This document shows, one piece after another, positions 37,622 to 50,000 of a stretch of 64,000 nt of DNA. Within the stretch, counting starts at the first letter, position 1. Each line of letters opens with the position of its first letter. Position numbers and translations under genes: made by a program. Source of the stretch: Squalus acanthias (lineage: Eukaryota); NCBI GenBank assembly GCA_030390025.1, contig CM059438.1:65102001-65166000 (forward strand). Reading direction: 5' to 3'. The notes under the pieces are model-generated. The model saw only the letters and a list, made by a program, of their open reading frames with translations, did no database searches and was not told where the DNA came from.

Positions 37622-38770
37622 TGGTGACACTGTCTCAGTAAACCTGCTGACACTGAGCTCTCCTGTTCTAGTTAACCTGGTGACACTGAGCTCTCCTGTT
37701 CTAGTTAACCTGGTGACACTGAGTGACATAAGAAAACTACTAGGCACTTGGTCTAAGCGTTAAACAAAGCTTTAATCAACTGTTTTACAACATGGAATTC
37801 TAGTTGTGTCCTTCACTCGTTCCTGTTCAGAATGTCCTGCGCAAGCTGGGCCCATGCCCGAGTATTTATACTCTCCCTGGACAGCGCCACCAGCAGGCCA
37901 CTCAGTATTATTTCATAAGGCTTTCTTTCATGAATGACAGATTCATGTCACTAAAGCTCTCCTGTTCTAGTTAACCTGGTGACACTGAGCTCTCCTGTTC
38001 TAGTTAACCTGGTGACTCTGAGCTCTCCTGTTCTAGTTAACCTGGTGACACTGAGCTCTCCTGCTCTAGTTAACCTGGTGACACTGAGCTCTCTTGTTCT
38101 AGTTAACCTGGTGACACTGAGCTCTCTTGTTCTAGTTAACCTGGTGACACTGAGCTCTCTTGTCTAGTTAACCTGGTGACACTGTGCTCTCTTGTCTAGT
38201 TAACCTGGTGACTCTGAGCTCTCTTGTTCTAGTTAACCTGGTGACACTGAGCTCTCCTGTTCTAGTTAACCTGGTGACACTGAGCTCTCTTGTCTAGTTA
38301 ACCTGGTGACACTGAGCTCTCTTGTCTAGTTAACCTGGTGACACTGAGCTCTCTTGTTCTAGTTAACCTGGTGACACTGAGCTCTCCTGTTCTAGTTAAC
38401 CTGGTGACACTGAGCTCTCTTGTCTAGTTAACCTGGTGACACTGAGCTCTCCTGTTCTAGTTAACCTGGTAACACCGAGCTCTCTTGTCTAGTTAACCTG
38501 GTAACACCGAGCTCTCTTGTCTAGTTAACCTGGTAACACCGCGCTCTCTTGTCTAGTTAACCTGGTAACACTGAGCTCTCTTGTCTAGTTAACCTGGTAA
38601 CACCGAGCTCTCTTGTCTAGTTAACCTGGTAACACTGAGCTCTCTTGTCTAGTTAACCTGGTGACACTGAGCTGTCCTGTTCTAGTTAACCTGGTGACAC
38701 TGAGCGTCCTGTTCTAGTTAACCTGGTGACACTGAGCTTTCCTGTTCTAGTTAACCTGGTGACACTGTGC
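37622..38770. repeat. 32/33-bp minisatellite (CTAGTTAACCTGGTGACACTGAGCTCTCYTGT[T]), about 28 units, interrupted by a solo LTR
   Basis: About 3 units at 37622-37723 and about 25 units at 37951-38770, with no unique spacers. Confidence 0.97.
37724..37950 (-). mobile_element. Probable solo LTR (227 bp)
   Basis: TGACAT...ATGTCA inverted termini; TATAAA then ATTAAA on the minus strand; imperfect TSD CTGAG / CTAAAG. Confidence 0.65.
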
Positions 38771-39519
38771 ACTCCATATCAGGAAGGTCTTCGGATGGAT
38801 AAATGAAGAAGCTGTTGTCAAAGATTGTTATTGCTGCGTCTGTCTCTGCAATTTTATTTCTGGGAGACGACGACGGTACAGACTGCTAGAGGGAAGTTAC
38901 AGTAACTTCCCTTCATACACGTAACATGCAGTTGTGAAACATTCAAGCCATTGAGCAAAGTCACAAATGTCGACTAATGGTCAGGCCTTATACCTAGAAA
39001 GTTTGATAGCAAAAGTTGAGGCAACTTCACTGCTGACATAATGGTGGCTGGTAACCTTGAATCAAGCCAGTGTGGAAATGATGCCATGTCCTGTGCTGTA
39101 CGGGGCGGCAATGGAGATATTGTGCCGCTGTGTGGAGGCTAAATGAATCCATGCTGCTTCTGAGAAATGTTACAAGCCCTTGTATCTGAAAAGTGTCAGC
39201 CAAAATTCTTCCTGTCATTACTGAATTATTAGAAATCTGTCCTCGGAGAGTTCTTTTAAAAAAATGAACTGGCTGCATTCTGACAGAAGTCAATATCTCC
39301 TTAATTGATGAATCAACTAAGGTCATCTGGGATGTTTGTGTTTTGTGCCCATCACCTCACCTATAAATTAGTTTAGTCTGTGATGACTTGCCTGTGGGTC
39401 TTCAGTGTAATGTGTCACATTATGACACATGGTGTGGGCGGTCAATTGCTTTCACTTCTTGAGCTAATCTTCTTCTTCTCTTCTTAGGCAGTCCCTCAGA
39501 ACCGAGGATAACTTGCTTC

Positions 39520-39761
39520 TGTTGAGGCTGCCGCGAAACACAAAATAAGGCTGAATCCATGTGTGGAAAATAAGAGACTTTTTTAATACAACTGCATGGC
39601 ACAAAATGGCTGAACAGACTGCTCCCAGAATTCTATGGAAAAATCCTGAGGCCCCGCCCACTCCTGCCTTAAAGGTAAGGTGCCTTAAAGGGAAGGTGCA
39701 TCGATATATTGTCCACGGACGGAAAAGTGGATAATGCCCGTTTAGGTGGCGATCCGCCACA
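39520..39761 (-). repeat. 3' LTR (242 bp)
   Basis: TG..CA ends; 6 substitutions against the 5' LTR by eye; preceded on the minus strand by purine tract GGGGGGAG (PPT, ~39765-39772). Confidence 0.97.
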
Positions 39762-39781
39762 CAGCTCCCCCCAGAATCCAC

Positions 39782-42700
39782 TTAGGAGGTGTGGACGAGA
39801 CGGTGCGGCGGTCTGATGGGCCGGCCGGAGCGGCTCTTGTAGGACGCCGGTGGACGTGGAATGGCCGGGCGTGGAGCAGCCGGGTAAACCGGCTTGAGGG
39901 CAGGTCGGCCACGCGGAGGTGGACGAGCTACAGGGACCTGCTCACAGGGCTCCGAGTGTGCTGGCTTGAGTCGGTCAACCGACACTTTTTCGGTCCTGTC
40001 GCCCACTTGCAGGGTGAAAAATTTGTCCCCAGCCTGTAGCACCTTGTAGGGCCCATCGTACGGGGGTTGAAGGGGTCCGCGGTGGGCATCATGCCGGACG
40101 AAAACAAGCCGTGCCTGGTGCAGGCTTAGTGGGACGTGTGAGGTGGATTCGCCATGTCGGGCAATGGGCACCGGGGCGATCTGCAGCGCCGGTGAGGCGA
40201 AGTCGTGGCGTTGCTGGTCGGCTGACCAGGGTGTCGTGGTGGTGGGCAGGAACTCGCCGGGTACGTGCAGCGGCTGACCGTACACGAGCTCTGCTGCCGA
40301 TGCGTGGAGGTCTTCTTTAACCGCGGTGCGCAGGCCGAGGAGGACCCACGGAAGTCGGTCGGTCCAGGCGCCGTCCTGGAGGCTGGCTCGAAGAGATGCC
40401 TTCAAGGATCTGTGGAACCGCTCACACAGTCCGTTGGCTTGGGGGTGGTACGCTGTGGTGCGGTGAATGGTCACCCCAAGATTGCGTGCGACGGCGGTCC
40501 AGAGTTCAGAGGTAAATTGCGGACCTCTGTCCGACATCATGTCGGAGGGGACGCCGAACCGTGCGACCCAGGTGCTGACGAAGGCTCTGGCGATGTTGGC
40601 GGTGGTGGTAGAGATCAGTGGAATTGCCTCGGGCCAGCGTGTGGTGCGGTCAACGATAGTCAGCAAGTGCGTGTGGCCTTGCGACGGCGGCAGGGCCCGA
40701 CGATGTCCACGTGCATGTGGTCGAATCTCCGCGAGGGGACGGTAAACTCCTCGAGGGGTGCTTTCGTGTGTTGCTGTACCTTGGCCCATTGGCAGGCTAG
40801 GCAGGAGTTGGCCCAAGTACGCACATCCTTGCGAAGGCCGCGCCAGACGAAGCGGTTGGCTACCAATTTGATGGATGCGCGTGCGCCGGGGTGGGAGAGG
40901 TTGTGGAGAATGTCGAATACCCGGCGGTGCCAGGACGCTGGGACGACGGGCCGAGGTTGACATAGGGATATGTCGCACTTGACCGTGACTGCGGTCGGGC
41001 CACAGGCGACGTCGGCCAGGCGTAGCCCTGGTAGCTTGGTAGGTGCGGACTCCAGATCAGGGTCGGTGATCTGGTCTGCTGCGAGTTGAGCGTAGTCGAC
41101 TGCCAGGTGTGCGGCGTGGATGGCGGGGCGGGAGAGGCAGTCGGCTACCACATTGTCTTGGCCGGAGACGTTTTGGATGTCCATGGTGAACTCGGACACT
41201 GCCGCGAGCTGGCGCTGCTGCCTGGCGGACCAGGGGTCGGTTGTCTTTGCCATTGCGAATGTCAGGGGCTTGTGGTCGACAAACGCAGTGAAGGGGTGGC
41301 CCTCAAGCAAAAACCGGAAATGGCGGACCGCCAGGAACAGCGCGAGGAGCTCGCGGTCGAAGGTGCTGTACTTGACCTCCGGGGGGCGTAGTTGGCGGCT
41401 GAAGAAGGCAAGTGGTTGCCAGGCGCCGTCGACCCACTGCTCATACACGGCGCTGACTGCGTGGTCGGAGGCGTCCGTGGTGAGCGCTACCCTGGCATTG
41501 GGCCGTGGGTGCGCGAGCAGCGTGGCGTTGGCGAGCGCGGTCTTGGTGGACTCAAATGCAGCGGACGCGTCTGCCGTCCATTCGACCGCCATCTTGCCGC
41601 TCCTGCCCCGGAGGGCTTCATACAGGGGCCTCATGAGGGACGCCGCTTTGGGGAAGAAGCGGTTGTAGAAATTCACCATCCCGAGGAACTCCTGGAGGCC
41701 TTTGATGGTGGTGGGGTGGGGAAATTGTTGGACGGCCTGCACCTTGGTGGGCAGGGGAATGGCCCCAGCATGGGTGATGTGGTGGCCGAGGAAGTCGATC
41801 TTGTCCAGGCCGAACTGGCATTTGGCTGGGCTGAGGATGAGCCCGTGGTCGCTGAGGCGCCCGAACAGGATGCGAAGGTGTTCGAGGTGTTCCTGCTTGG
41901 AGGAACTGGCTACCAGGATGTCGTCCAGGTAGACGAGCAGGAACTTCAGGTCCCGAAGGACCGAGTCCATGAGCCGTTGGAATGCCTGGGCCGCGTTTTT
42001 GAGGCCGAAGGGCATCCACAGGAACTCGAACAGGCTGAAGTGGGTGATTACGGCCGTCTTGGGGACGTCCGCGGGGTGAACGGGGACTTGGTGGTAGCCG
42101 CGCACCAGGTCGACCTTGGAAAAGACTGAGCGGCCGGCCAGTCTAGCCGAGAAGTCCTGAATATGCGGCACGGGGTACCGATCAGGGGTGGTGGCGTCGT
42201 TGAGGCGGCGGTAATCCCCGCAGGGGCGCCAACCTCCGCCTGGTTTGGGGGCGATGTGGAGTGGGGAGGCCCAGGGACTGTTGGAGCGGCGGATGATGCC
42301 GAGCGATCTCCAGTTTGGTCGGGTCCAGCCTGCGGGCGTGGGCGTACACTGGGGGGCCTGTGGTGGGGATGAAGTGTTCCACCCCGTGTTTGGCGGCCTC
42401 CGCGGAGAAGGTCGGATTGTTAAGGGCCGGGAATTCGGCCAGGAGTGCCGAGTAGTCATCCGTGGCCCGGGCGTGGCACTGTGACGCCATGTCGGCGGGT
42501 TGATGGGGGGCCATGGCGCCCAGGATGGGGGACATGGTGTTCATGTCCACGAGGCGGTGACAGGGGATGTCTACCAGTAGGCCGTGGGCGCACAGGAAAT
42601 CTGCGCCGATGAGAGGGGAGAGCACCTTCACAGTGATGAACTCCCATCGGTAGCGGCGACCAGCGAGGTCGAGGGTGACTGTCCGGGTGCTATACATCCG

Positions 42701-42946
42701 GATTTCCAAGCCGTTAGCAGCAGCCAGCGCCGGTCCTCGTTCGCCCTTTTGGATGTCGAGGGAGGAGGCCGGGATGATGCTGTGCTGAGCCCCAGTGTCG
42801 CACAGGAAACGGCGGCCGGTTTTGTCATCCGTGACGAACAGTAGGGAGCCCGCGTGGCCCACGGCCATCGCGGGGGCTGGTACGGGGGCGGACTTGAAAG
42901 AGCAGGGAGGTGTGCACCGTTGTGCCCTGGCGCCGAACCGTGCGTG
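39782..42946 (-). pseudogene. pol: protease, RT, RNase H, integrase with GPY module; frameshifted
   Basis: FLCDTGA; SPWASPLH, WRPCGDYRRLN, MPFGLKNA, YLDD; LTTDAS, YSTFDRELLA, DHKPL; H..SHPG..C..C; SDRGPQF, NGLCERFH; PPYDGPY; frame breaks near 42310 and 40690. Confidence 0.95.
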
Positions 42947-43564
42947 CTAGTAACAGTGGCCCAGGTTAGTGGGGCGTGAATGCCCCGTGGGCCTGGTGGC
43001 AGGCCCTTGTGGCCGCGTGGTGGCCGGTGAGGGGCGCGCCCAGGCATTGGCTGCCAGGTCCGGAGTGACGTCGCGGCTGGAGTGAGCGGACAGCAGCTTG
43101 TCGGCCTCATCGGCCAGGGCTTCCAGGTTCGTGAGGCCGGACGCCACGATCGCTGGGCGCATGCTGAGAGGGAGCTGGCGGATGAACAGCGTGCGGAAGA
43201 GGGATCCGGGTGGGCTCTCGTCGGTGAGGGAGAGCATGTGGGAGAGGAGGTCTGACGGTGAGGCATCACCGAGGCCTGGAAGGTCGAGGAGGTGGCAGTT
43301 TCGCTGATATGCCGAGGCCGTAAATTTTTTAAGAAGCGCTGTCTTGAGATGTGCGTACTTGCCTTCCTCTGGTGGGCTCTGCAGCGCTGTCCAAACCTTC
43401 GAAACTGTGGCGCTACCGAGTGATGTGACGAGGTAGTCGTACTTCGTCCCATCTGTGGTGATGTTTCGCAGCCAGAAGCGAGATTCAGCTTGGAGAAACC
43501 AGGCTTCGGGCTGGTTTTCCCAAAACTCCGGCAGTTTCACGGAAACTGCGTTCGTGTCCGCCAT
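42947..43564 (-). pseudogene. gag, with a TAG inside the CHCC zinc knuckle
   Basis: AVSVKLPEFW..PEAWFLQAESRF N-terminus; reading through the stop gives C-Y-*-H-ARFGARAQR-C-TPP-C (Cx2Hx9Cx3C). Confidence 0.9.
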
Positions 43565-43589
43565 TGCAGTGCTCGGAATACGTTCTGAG

Positions 43590-43603
43590 CGTCGGGGTCA
43601 CCA
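43590..43603 (-). promoter_or_regulatory. Primer-binding site complementary to the tRNA-Trp 3' end
   Basis: TGGTGACCCCGACG, 1 nt after the 5' LTR; vertebrate tRNA-Trp ends ..CGTCGGGGTCA-CCA. Confidence 0.9.
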
Positions 43604-43604
43604 A

Positions 43605-43846
43605 TGTTGAGGCTGCCACGAAACACGAAATAAGGCTGAATCCATGTGTGGAAAACAAGAGACTTTTTTAATACAACTGCATGGCACAAAATGGCTGAAC
43701 AGACTGCTCCCAGAATTCTCTGGAAAAATCCTGAGGCCCCGCCCACTCCTGCCTTAAAGATAAGGTGCCTTAAAGGGAAGGTGCATCGATATATTGTCCA
43801 CGGACGGAAAAGTGGATAATGCCCATTTAGGTGGCGATCCGCCACA
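43605..43846 (-). repeat. 5' LTR (242 bp)
   Basis: Direct repeat of 39520-39761. Confidence 0.97.
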
Positions 43847-45097
43847 CTTCCACATTAAAAATGAGTTCTCAGGTGACTGCTGAGTCCAATGCGGGACCTA
43901 CAGTCTGTGTCACAGGTGGGGCAGACGGTGGTTGAAGGGGCGGGTGGGTCGGGTGCTTGGGTTGATGTGCGCCCCTTGCGCAGTTTGTGCTTGTCTTCTG
44001 CTTGCTCCTGGCGTAGAGACTCGAGGTGTTCGGCGCCTTCTCCACTTTGTGCGGTCTTGGGCCAGGGATTCCCAGGTGTCAGTGGGGATGTTGCACTTTT
44101 TCAAGGAGGCTTTGAAGGTGTCCTTGAAGCATTTCCTCTGCCCATCTGGGGCTCTCTTGCCGTGTCGGAGCTCCGAGTAGAGTGCTTGCTTTGGGAGTCT
44201 CGTATTGGGCATGCGGACGATGTGGCCCATCCATCGGAGCTGATCGAGCGTGGTCAAAGCTTCGATGCTGGGTATGTTGACCTGAGCGAGAACAGTGACG
44301 TTGGTGCGCCTATCCTGCCAATGGAGTTGTAGGATCTTGTGGAGGCAGCATTGGTGGTACCTCTCCATTGCTTTGAGGTGCCTGCTGTACATGGTCCATG
44401 TGTCTGAAGCATACAGGAGGGCCGGTATCACTACTACTCTGTAGATCATGAGCTTGGTGCTGGGTTTGAGGTCCTGGTCTTCAAACACTCTCTTCCTCAG
44501 GCGACCGTAGGCTGCACTGGCACACTGAAGGCAGTGTTGGACATCGTCATCGACGTCTGCCCTTGTTGACGCTAGGCTCAATATCTAATATTGAACAGGA
44601 AACGTCAGCCATTTTGTGTTTGGTGTTAATAACTTTGGGAACGACATGCTTCTCAAGCGTGCATTTGCATGTAGTGTCAATGAGCAGTGACACTACCTGT
44701 AAGTTACTTTTACATTGCACTAAGACCCGTTGGCTGGCGGCATCACTCCCGACATGTGGCTACGACCCACAAGTGAACTTGGCTTGGTTCCTTAAGGTTG
44801 GTAGCTGGAAAGAGCCGGTAAATTCAAATTCAGGGCCCGATCTGACATGGGAGTGAAGTGGAGTGAGACCTTTTGTAGGGGGTTGTAGGTGCGGAGCAAC
44901 ATCGACTTTGCTTGGGAGTAGGGTTGGCCTTTAAATCCAGATTTACACTATACAGTGTCGGCATGAAGTGGGAACGACTTCACATTGACGCTCAACTTGC
45001 AGTGTAAATTTAGTCCAGGAGGCCGTGAGCACTCTAGGCCCAGAATGCCATCTCCAGGAGCGGACGGACAGCAGAGATTATCTATGTTGTCGTCTGT

Positions 45098-47092
45098 CCG
45101 AGCCAATATTTATCCCTCAACCAACATCACTGAAACAGATTATCTGGTCATTATCTCATTTGCTGTTTGTGGAACCTTGCTGTGTGCAAATTGGCTGCCG
45201 TGTCTCCTACATTACAACAGTGACTACGGCCACGAATTTGCCGGTGCTCAGAGGGCAGGTTTGGAGGCGGGTCCGCTGTCAAAACAGGAAACCCGCTGTC
45301 AACCCGCCTCCACACAAGTCTCCCAGGTGTCGGGTCTGTCAGCGGAGAACTGACCCGACACCAAGCGGCAGGGGAGACAATTGAAATCATTAAATGGCTT
45401 GTTAAGAGCCAATTTAATGGTATTTTGAGGCTTCCTTCCCATTTTGCGTTCTCCCCCACGGGTTACCCGCTGCTCAGGGAACACGCCAGCTCAACCTGGT
45501 GTGTTTTGAGTCTGCTCTGATGTTTCTAATAAGCTGACAGCTGCAGAAGTGGTGTAAAGGATGCCGTGTTGCAGATGGTCAGTTTCAGAGAGCCGAAACT
45601 GTTGGTTACTTCATTTGTAATACATATAGAGATTTCTTTAGCTTGCAAGTGTTTAGAGCCAACTGTATGTCCAGTGCCACCTCATTGGAACAACCTCTCT
45701 CACCATTGACAGATCGCTTCTGTCATCTCACCTGCAGCTGCCATCTATTGCAGTAACATCGGAGCCATTGAAACAATCAGACCTTGATCCTCCGAATCCT
45801 CCACGATCAGCCCCAACACCAACATCACCAGGCACACCAACATCACCAACAACATCACCAACCTTCTCTGCCATCACCTGATGCTGCACTGGACACAGGG
45901 CATCAGCCCTTGACAACATTGCTGCTGGGAGGCCAGCGATGGCATGACCATGGCCAGATTTACTTCACTTGACGCTGTTAACCCTGGCTGCCATGTGATG
46001 CGCCAGGTTGACACCATCCCACACCAGCACCGTGAAGCGTCCCTTTAATGTGCAAGCCATTCCATGCACACTCATCACTATAATGGGGTGTTGGGGCGGG
46101 GGAGGAAGTTATGTCTGAACATTCACTGGAACTCAGTAAGACAATTCTCAAGGTGCGCTCAGATCTATCCAATAAGTGGCAGTGTTGGAAAAATAGATTT
46201 CACTGTATGACAGCACATTACCAGAAACTTCACATGGACATTGGCTAAATCTCTCAAGTGCCTACCCATGTGTGTTGTTAGTTGGCATGCTTGCAGTAGG
46301 ATGAGGATGAGTGTGAGGGGTGGCTAGTGAGATGGGGAAGTGATAAAGTAGATAGAGAGGGTTGGGTGGAGGTGCAAGGTAAGTTGGTGTAAGGATGTGC
46401 AGCAGAAGGGTAGGGAAGGCAGAGTGATCGGGATGTGTTGAGTGGCACAGCAGGGTGAGTTTGAGTGTGGCTTTGCAGTAACGTTTGGTGATCCACTGAG
46501 ATCATTGAAAGGTTGGCGCCACTGCAGCCAGTGACCCTCTTGACATCCCTGCTTGTGCCCTCCTGTGCAATGTGCAACCAGGCTGCGTTGGTGCCCTGGG
46601 GAGGTCTCTTCCACCCTTGGAAGGGAAGAGAACCTCCCTGCGTGCTGTAACTCCCTCCCTAAGCATACGGAGGGAGTCATTGGAGGGCCTGGGTGCAAGC
46701 ATGCACCTTTGTGCAGTGCTTGTCAGTGTTTGCAGCACCTCAATGCTGTCAAACACTAACAGCACAACTGTCAAACTCAATGTGGCCGTGGTCCCTTTAA
46801 GGAAACCGGCTGATGACGCATCATCAAATAGCGTCATCAGACCTGCCTCCTGTTAATTGGCCGGGAAGCCCACAGGGTGGCCTTAACAAGGCCAATCAAG
46901 GGAAAATCCCTTTGACAGAGCGGCTGCAGCCAGGATTATGACTGGAAGCCGAAAGCCAGCTCTCCCGCCACCATCCCAACACCGCTGAGAAAATCACGGC
47001 CTACACTTCAAAAGTACTTCATTGGCTGTGAAGCACTTTGAGACAGCCTGAAGTTGTGAAAGGTGCTATATAAATGCACGTCTTTCCTTTTC
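45098..47092 (+). mobile_element. SacSINE-like SINE split by Harbinger D
   Basis: Core 45098-45227 continues at 47005 (..GTGACTAC|ACTTCAAAAGTAC..) through to the tail. Confidence 0.85.
45228..47001. mobile_element. Internally deleted non-autonomous Harbinger D, related to element A
   Basis: TIRs GGCCACGAATTT / AAAATCACGGCC; 3-bp TSD TAC (45225-45227, 47002-47004); blocks similar to ~10520-10760, ~11780-12100 and ~13490-14100. Confidence 0.9.
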
Positions 47093-47814
47093 TTGCCGAC
47101 CGCTATGGCATTAACTACAAAGCTTCAGCAAAGAAGCAGATGTCTTATGCTACTCGTTAGCACCTGTGGAACCTCGAGGTAAAACCGATTCATGGCAAAA
47201 AGATTTATTTTGTCAGTAATACGTCAAAACATACTGCAGCTGTGAACCAAAACAGACCCAGAGTTGTAAAAGGTGCTGAAATGTAGAATGTCTGGCATGG
47301 CCTAAAAATGTCCAAAGTGATGATTTAAAGCCATATTTTATTAGGATGGCAGATCTGTCTGCTGAAATGGATTGTGTACTGTGATGATTAGGCCTGATAA
47401 TTCCCCAGGTTCTGCAACCGAGACTGTTATCTGAGCTGCACAAAAGAACATTGTGGCATAGTTAAAATGGAAATGTTAGCTGGGAGCTACTTCTGCCGGC
47501 CTCAAGTGAATAAATATCTTGGAGTGTTTGTAAGCAGCAGCAAGATGTTTTCTGCCAAACAGAAGCAACCGTTTCTGATGCTCTGCTCGTTACCTGGAAA
47601 TAGGCAACTGAACTGGGCTGGAGAACGTAATATTGATTTTGCTGGAAAAACAGCTGGATGCACTTATCTCTGCTCTCCCGACACCTTAGTAGGTAAATGA
47701 ACTGTGTATTGTGGTATTAAACCAGGCAGACCAGAAGCTCCCAGGTTTGACCCCTGATCTGTGCTGAATGTTGAGTTCCTCAGTAGAAACTTGACTTCTT
47801 TGAGTATTGCTGTG

Positions 47815-47952
47815 CCAGGTATTCTGGGGGCACCTTCACCACACGGACTGCAACGGTTCAGGAAGAAGGTTCACCACCACCTTCTCAAGGGCAACTAGGG
47901 ATGAGCAATAAATGCCATCGACGACCACATCCTGAGAATTCACAAAAAAAAA
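47815..47952 (+). mobile_element. CR1-group LINE 3' tail
   Basis: Reverse complement of ~1700-1830. Confidence 0.75.
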
Positions 47953-48385
47953 CTAACTGTACAACATTATATTTACAGATCAAATATTGTGAAGCAGGGT
48001 GAAGTTATCAGATTATATTAAAAACATTCTCCAAATACTCAATTCTCATCAATGACAATCACTTACGTTTTAATAACCTGGTACAAAGAAAGAGTGAAAA
48101 GAGAACATAAATCACTGCATGAGGTAATGAGAATAAAATAGCTGCCCTAAACCAGACAACTATTAAAATTTGAGATTTGGGTTTGTGAATTAGTCGTCTA
48201 ACTCTGAAATTAAGGGATCCGTGTGCAATTCTGCTGTCGCAAGCAGGAAAAGTCATTCCAGCCCATGGCAGTCACTATCAAAATTTCCTTAAAACAAAAT
48301 TGAAACATTGCAGGATCTATAAACTATACTGTGGGAATAAATGATTGAAATGTCATGCCTTGATAATAAGGCTCTTGGAATCTAG

Positions 48386-48857
48386 GGGGGAAAAATTCGG
48401 TTGCTTTGCGCCTCCCGTTAGCGCCGTAAGAGGGCGCTAACGGGGCGCAAAGTAACTAGCGCCTGGGCGTGGCGCCGCCAACACCTCCCTCGAAATTCAG
48501 TGGGAGGTTAGCGGCGGCGGTAACCGTTAGCGCCCCGTGGCGCTGCGCCGCCGGCGGATGACGTCATTGCTGTGCGCAGCACCCCGCTCGCGCCCCGGCC
48601 GCGATCTTCAGTATCGCCCCCTGACTTACCGCCGGACGCTATGTCCGACGGGGTCAGGGGGGCCTACCTGCGGCCAGGGCGGTGCTAATTAAAGGCGAGG
48701 TGCTGGGCGGCCATTTTTGTTGCTGGCCACCTGCCAGCACCTGCCCCCGCTTTCCTCTTGGGGTGCTACCGATGAATTTCGGCCGCTGAGGCGCTAATTT
48801 TTTCGGGGTGCTGGCGAAATTAGTGCCCCAAAGGGGGCGCGATTCAATTTTTTCCCC
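48386..48857. mobile_element. CpG-rich Harbinger-type MITE
   Basis: Ends GGGGGAAAAATT / AATTTTTTCCCC, flanks TAG/TTG; internal inverted TTAGCGCC/GGCGCTAA motifs. Confidence 0.7.
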
Positions 48858-49684
48858 TTGGTGTCTGTCTGAGATTCCTTTGGCTACTATTTTAATGGCA
48901 GCTTGCATACATTAAATCTTCTGCCTACGTAACAACAGTCACTGCATGTCAAAGTAACTCATTCTATGTGAAGTGCTTTGGGATGTTTCTGGATAAATTC
49001 AAGTTCTTTGTATCTGTGAATATTTAAAGAGCTGAGTTGTAGAGCACCAGTATCTGGAGAGAGTGACTTAATCATCAGGACTCCAACCTGCAGTACACCA
49101 TTAAGAACTTGAAGACAATTGACTGTTAAGATTTTTGATTCAGAGGGCACTGACGATTAGAAGATGCATGCAGCAGACAATTGCGGCACTGAATAGGATT
49201 GCAGCACAGCTGAATAAAAGTGAATGGGATCTGCTGCCCACTGTAATTCAGTGCAGCAATATATCAGTGAATATTAAGGAGTAGCATTAATTGAATATCA
49301 ATAGCCTTGAATAGAATCTTTGTCAATGCACAAGTATCTGAATTGTAGATCTAATGAGGTGTGAAATGTTCAATTTAGCAAAACTACCAGACTGTCGCAA
49401 GGAAATTCAGAAATGAGAAAAGCCCATTCGGTCCATCCATTTCAGAACATTAATTCTGCCAGCAGGAAACATCTGAAAGTGGTGGAGAGCAGTTGACTGC
49501 AGGCCGTGTGGTAATTCTTCCATTGGCTGCACGCCATAGTGTAAACCTACAGTAAACTGTTGGCATTGTAGACCCGTGAATCTTGGTTCCACGGATGAGC
49601 TGATGGGCTCAGAAAACGTAAAAGGGTGAACCTGGTCCCACATGTCTGAATTTAACAGCCCAGCACAGCAGCACCACAAGGGAC

Positions 49685-50000
49685 TGTCTGAGGGGTTTAA
49701 TAAGGTGAATCAGGAAAACGATTTCCACTGCTGCATAACTAGCGATCAAAATTTTAAGATCATCCTAAGGGAGAGGTTGGGAGAATTATTTTCGTCGAAA
49801 GTTGTTGGGACGAGGAATACCCAACTAGAAACAGTGGTAGAAGCAGAGTCCATAATAGTTTTTAAAGAAAAAATGAATAAGTATTTGAAAAGGAAAAACA
49901 TTTCAAGGAAATGGGAAAAGGACAGGGGAATGAGACCAAGTGGGTCGCTCTTTCAGAGAGCCAGCGCAGGCAAAATGGGCCGAATGGTCTCGTGTTCCCC
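49685..50000 (+). mobile_element. Old CR1 3' fragment
   Basis: Degenerate CR1 C-terminus (..VVEAESI.VFKEKMNKYL) and 3' UTR. Confidence 0.6.

Larger units (their letters stand above)
39520..43846 (-). mobile_element. Ty3/Gypsy LTR retrotransposon, CsRN1-like, near full length
   Basis: LTRs 39520-39761 and 43605-43846; TSD CTTC (39516-39519, 43847-43850); PBS, PPT, gag and PR-RT-RH-IN order. Confidence 0.97.
39467..44566 (-). mobile_element. RTE-clade LINE 3' portion, split by the Gypsy insertion
   Basis: ORF 43910-44581 has ASAAYGRLRKRVF..TKLMIYRVVVIPALLYASDTW..QLRWMGHIVRM..RLPKQALY; the (GAA)n tail lies beyond the Gypsy at 39467-39519. Confidence 0.88.

Noticed and set aside
37951..38770. 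CRISPR-like regularly spaced repeats
   Set aside because: Units are contiguous with no unique spacers, no cas genes are present and the context is eukaryotic; it is a minisatellite
40111..43452. Many antisense and alternate-frame ORFs over the Gypsy interior
   Set aside because: Shadow ORFs expected from high GC content; no recognisable domains and no env-like ORF
44574..45016. Possible additional TIR element
   Set aside because: Termini are too degenerate and no TSD was found
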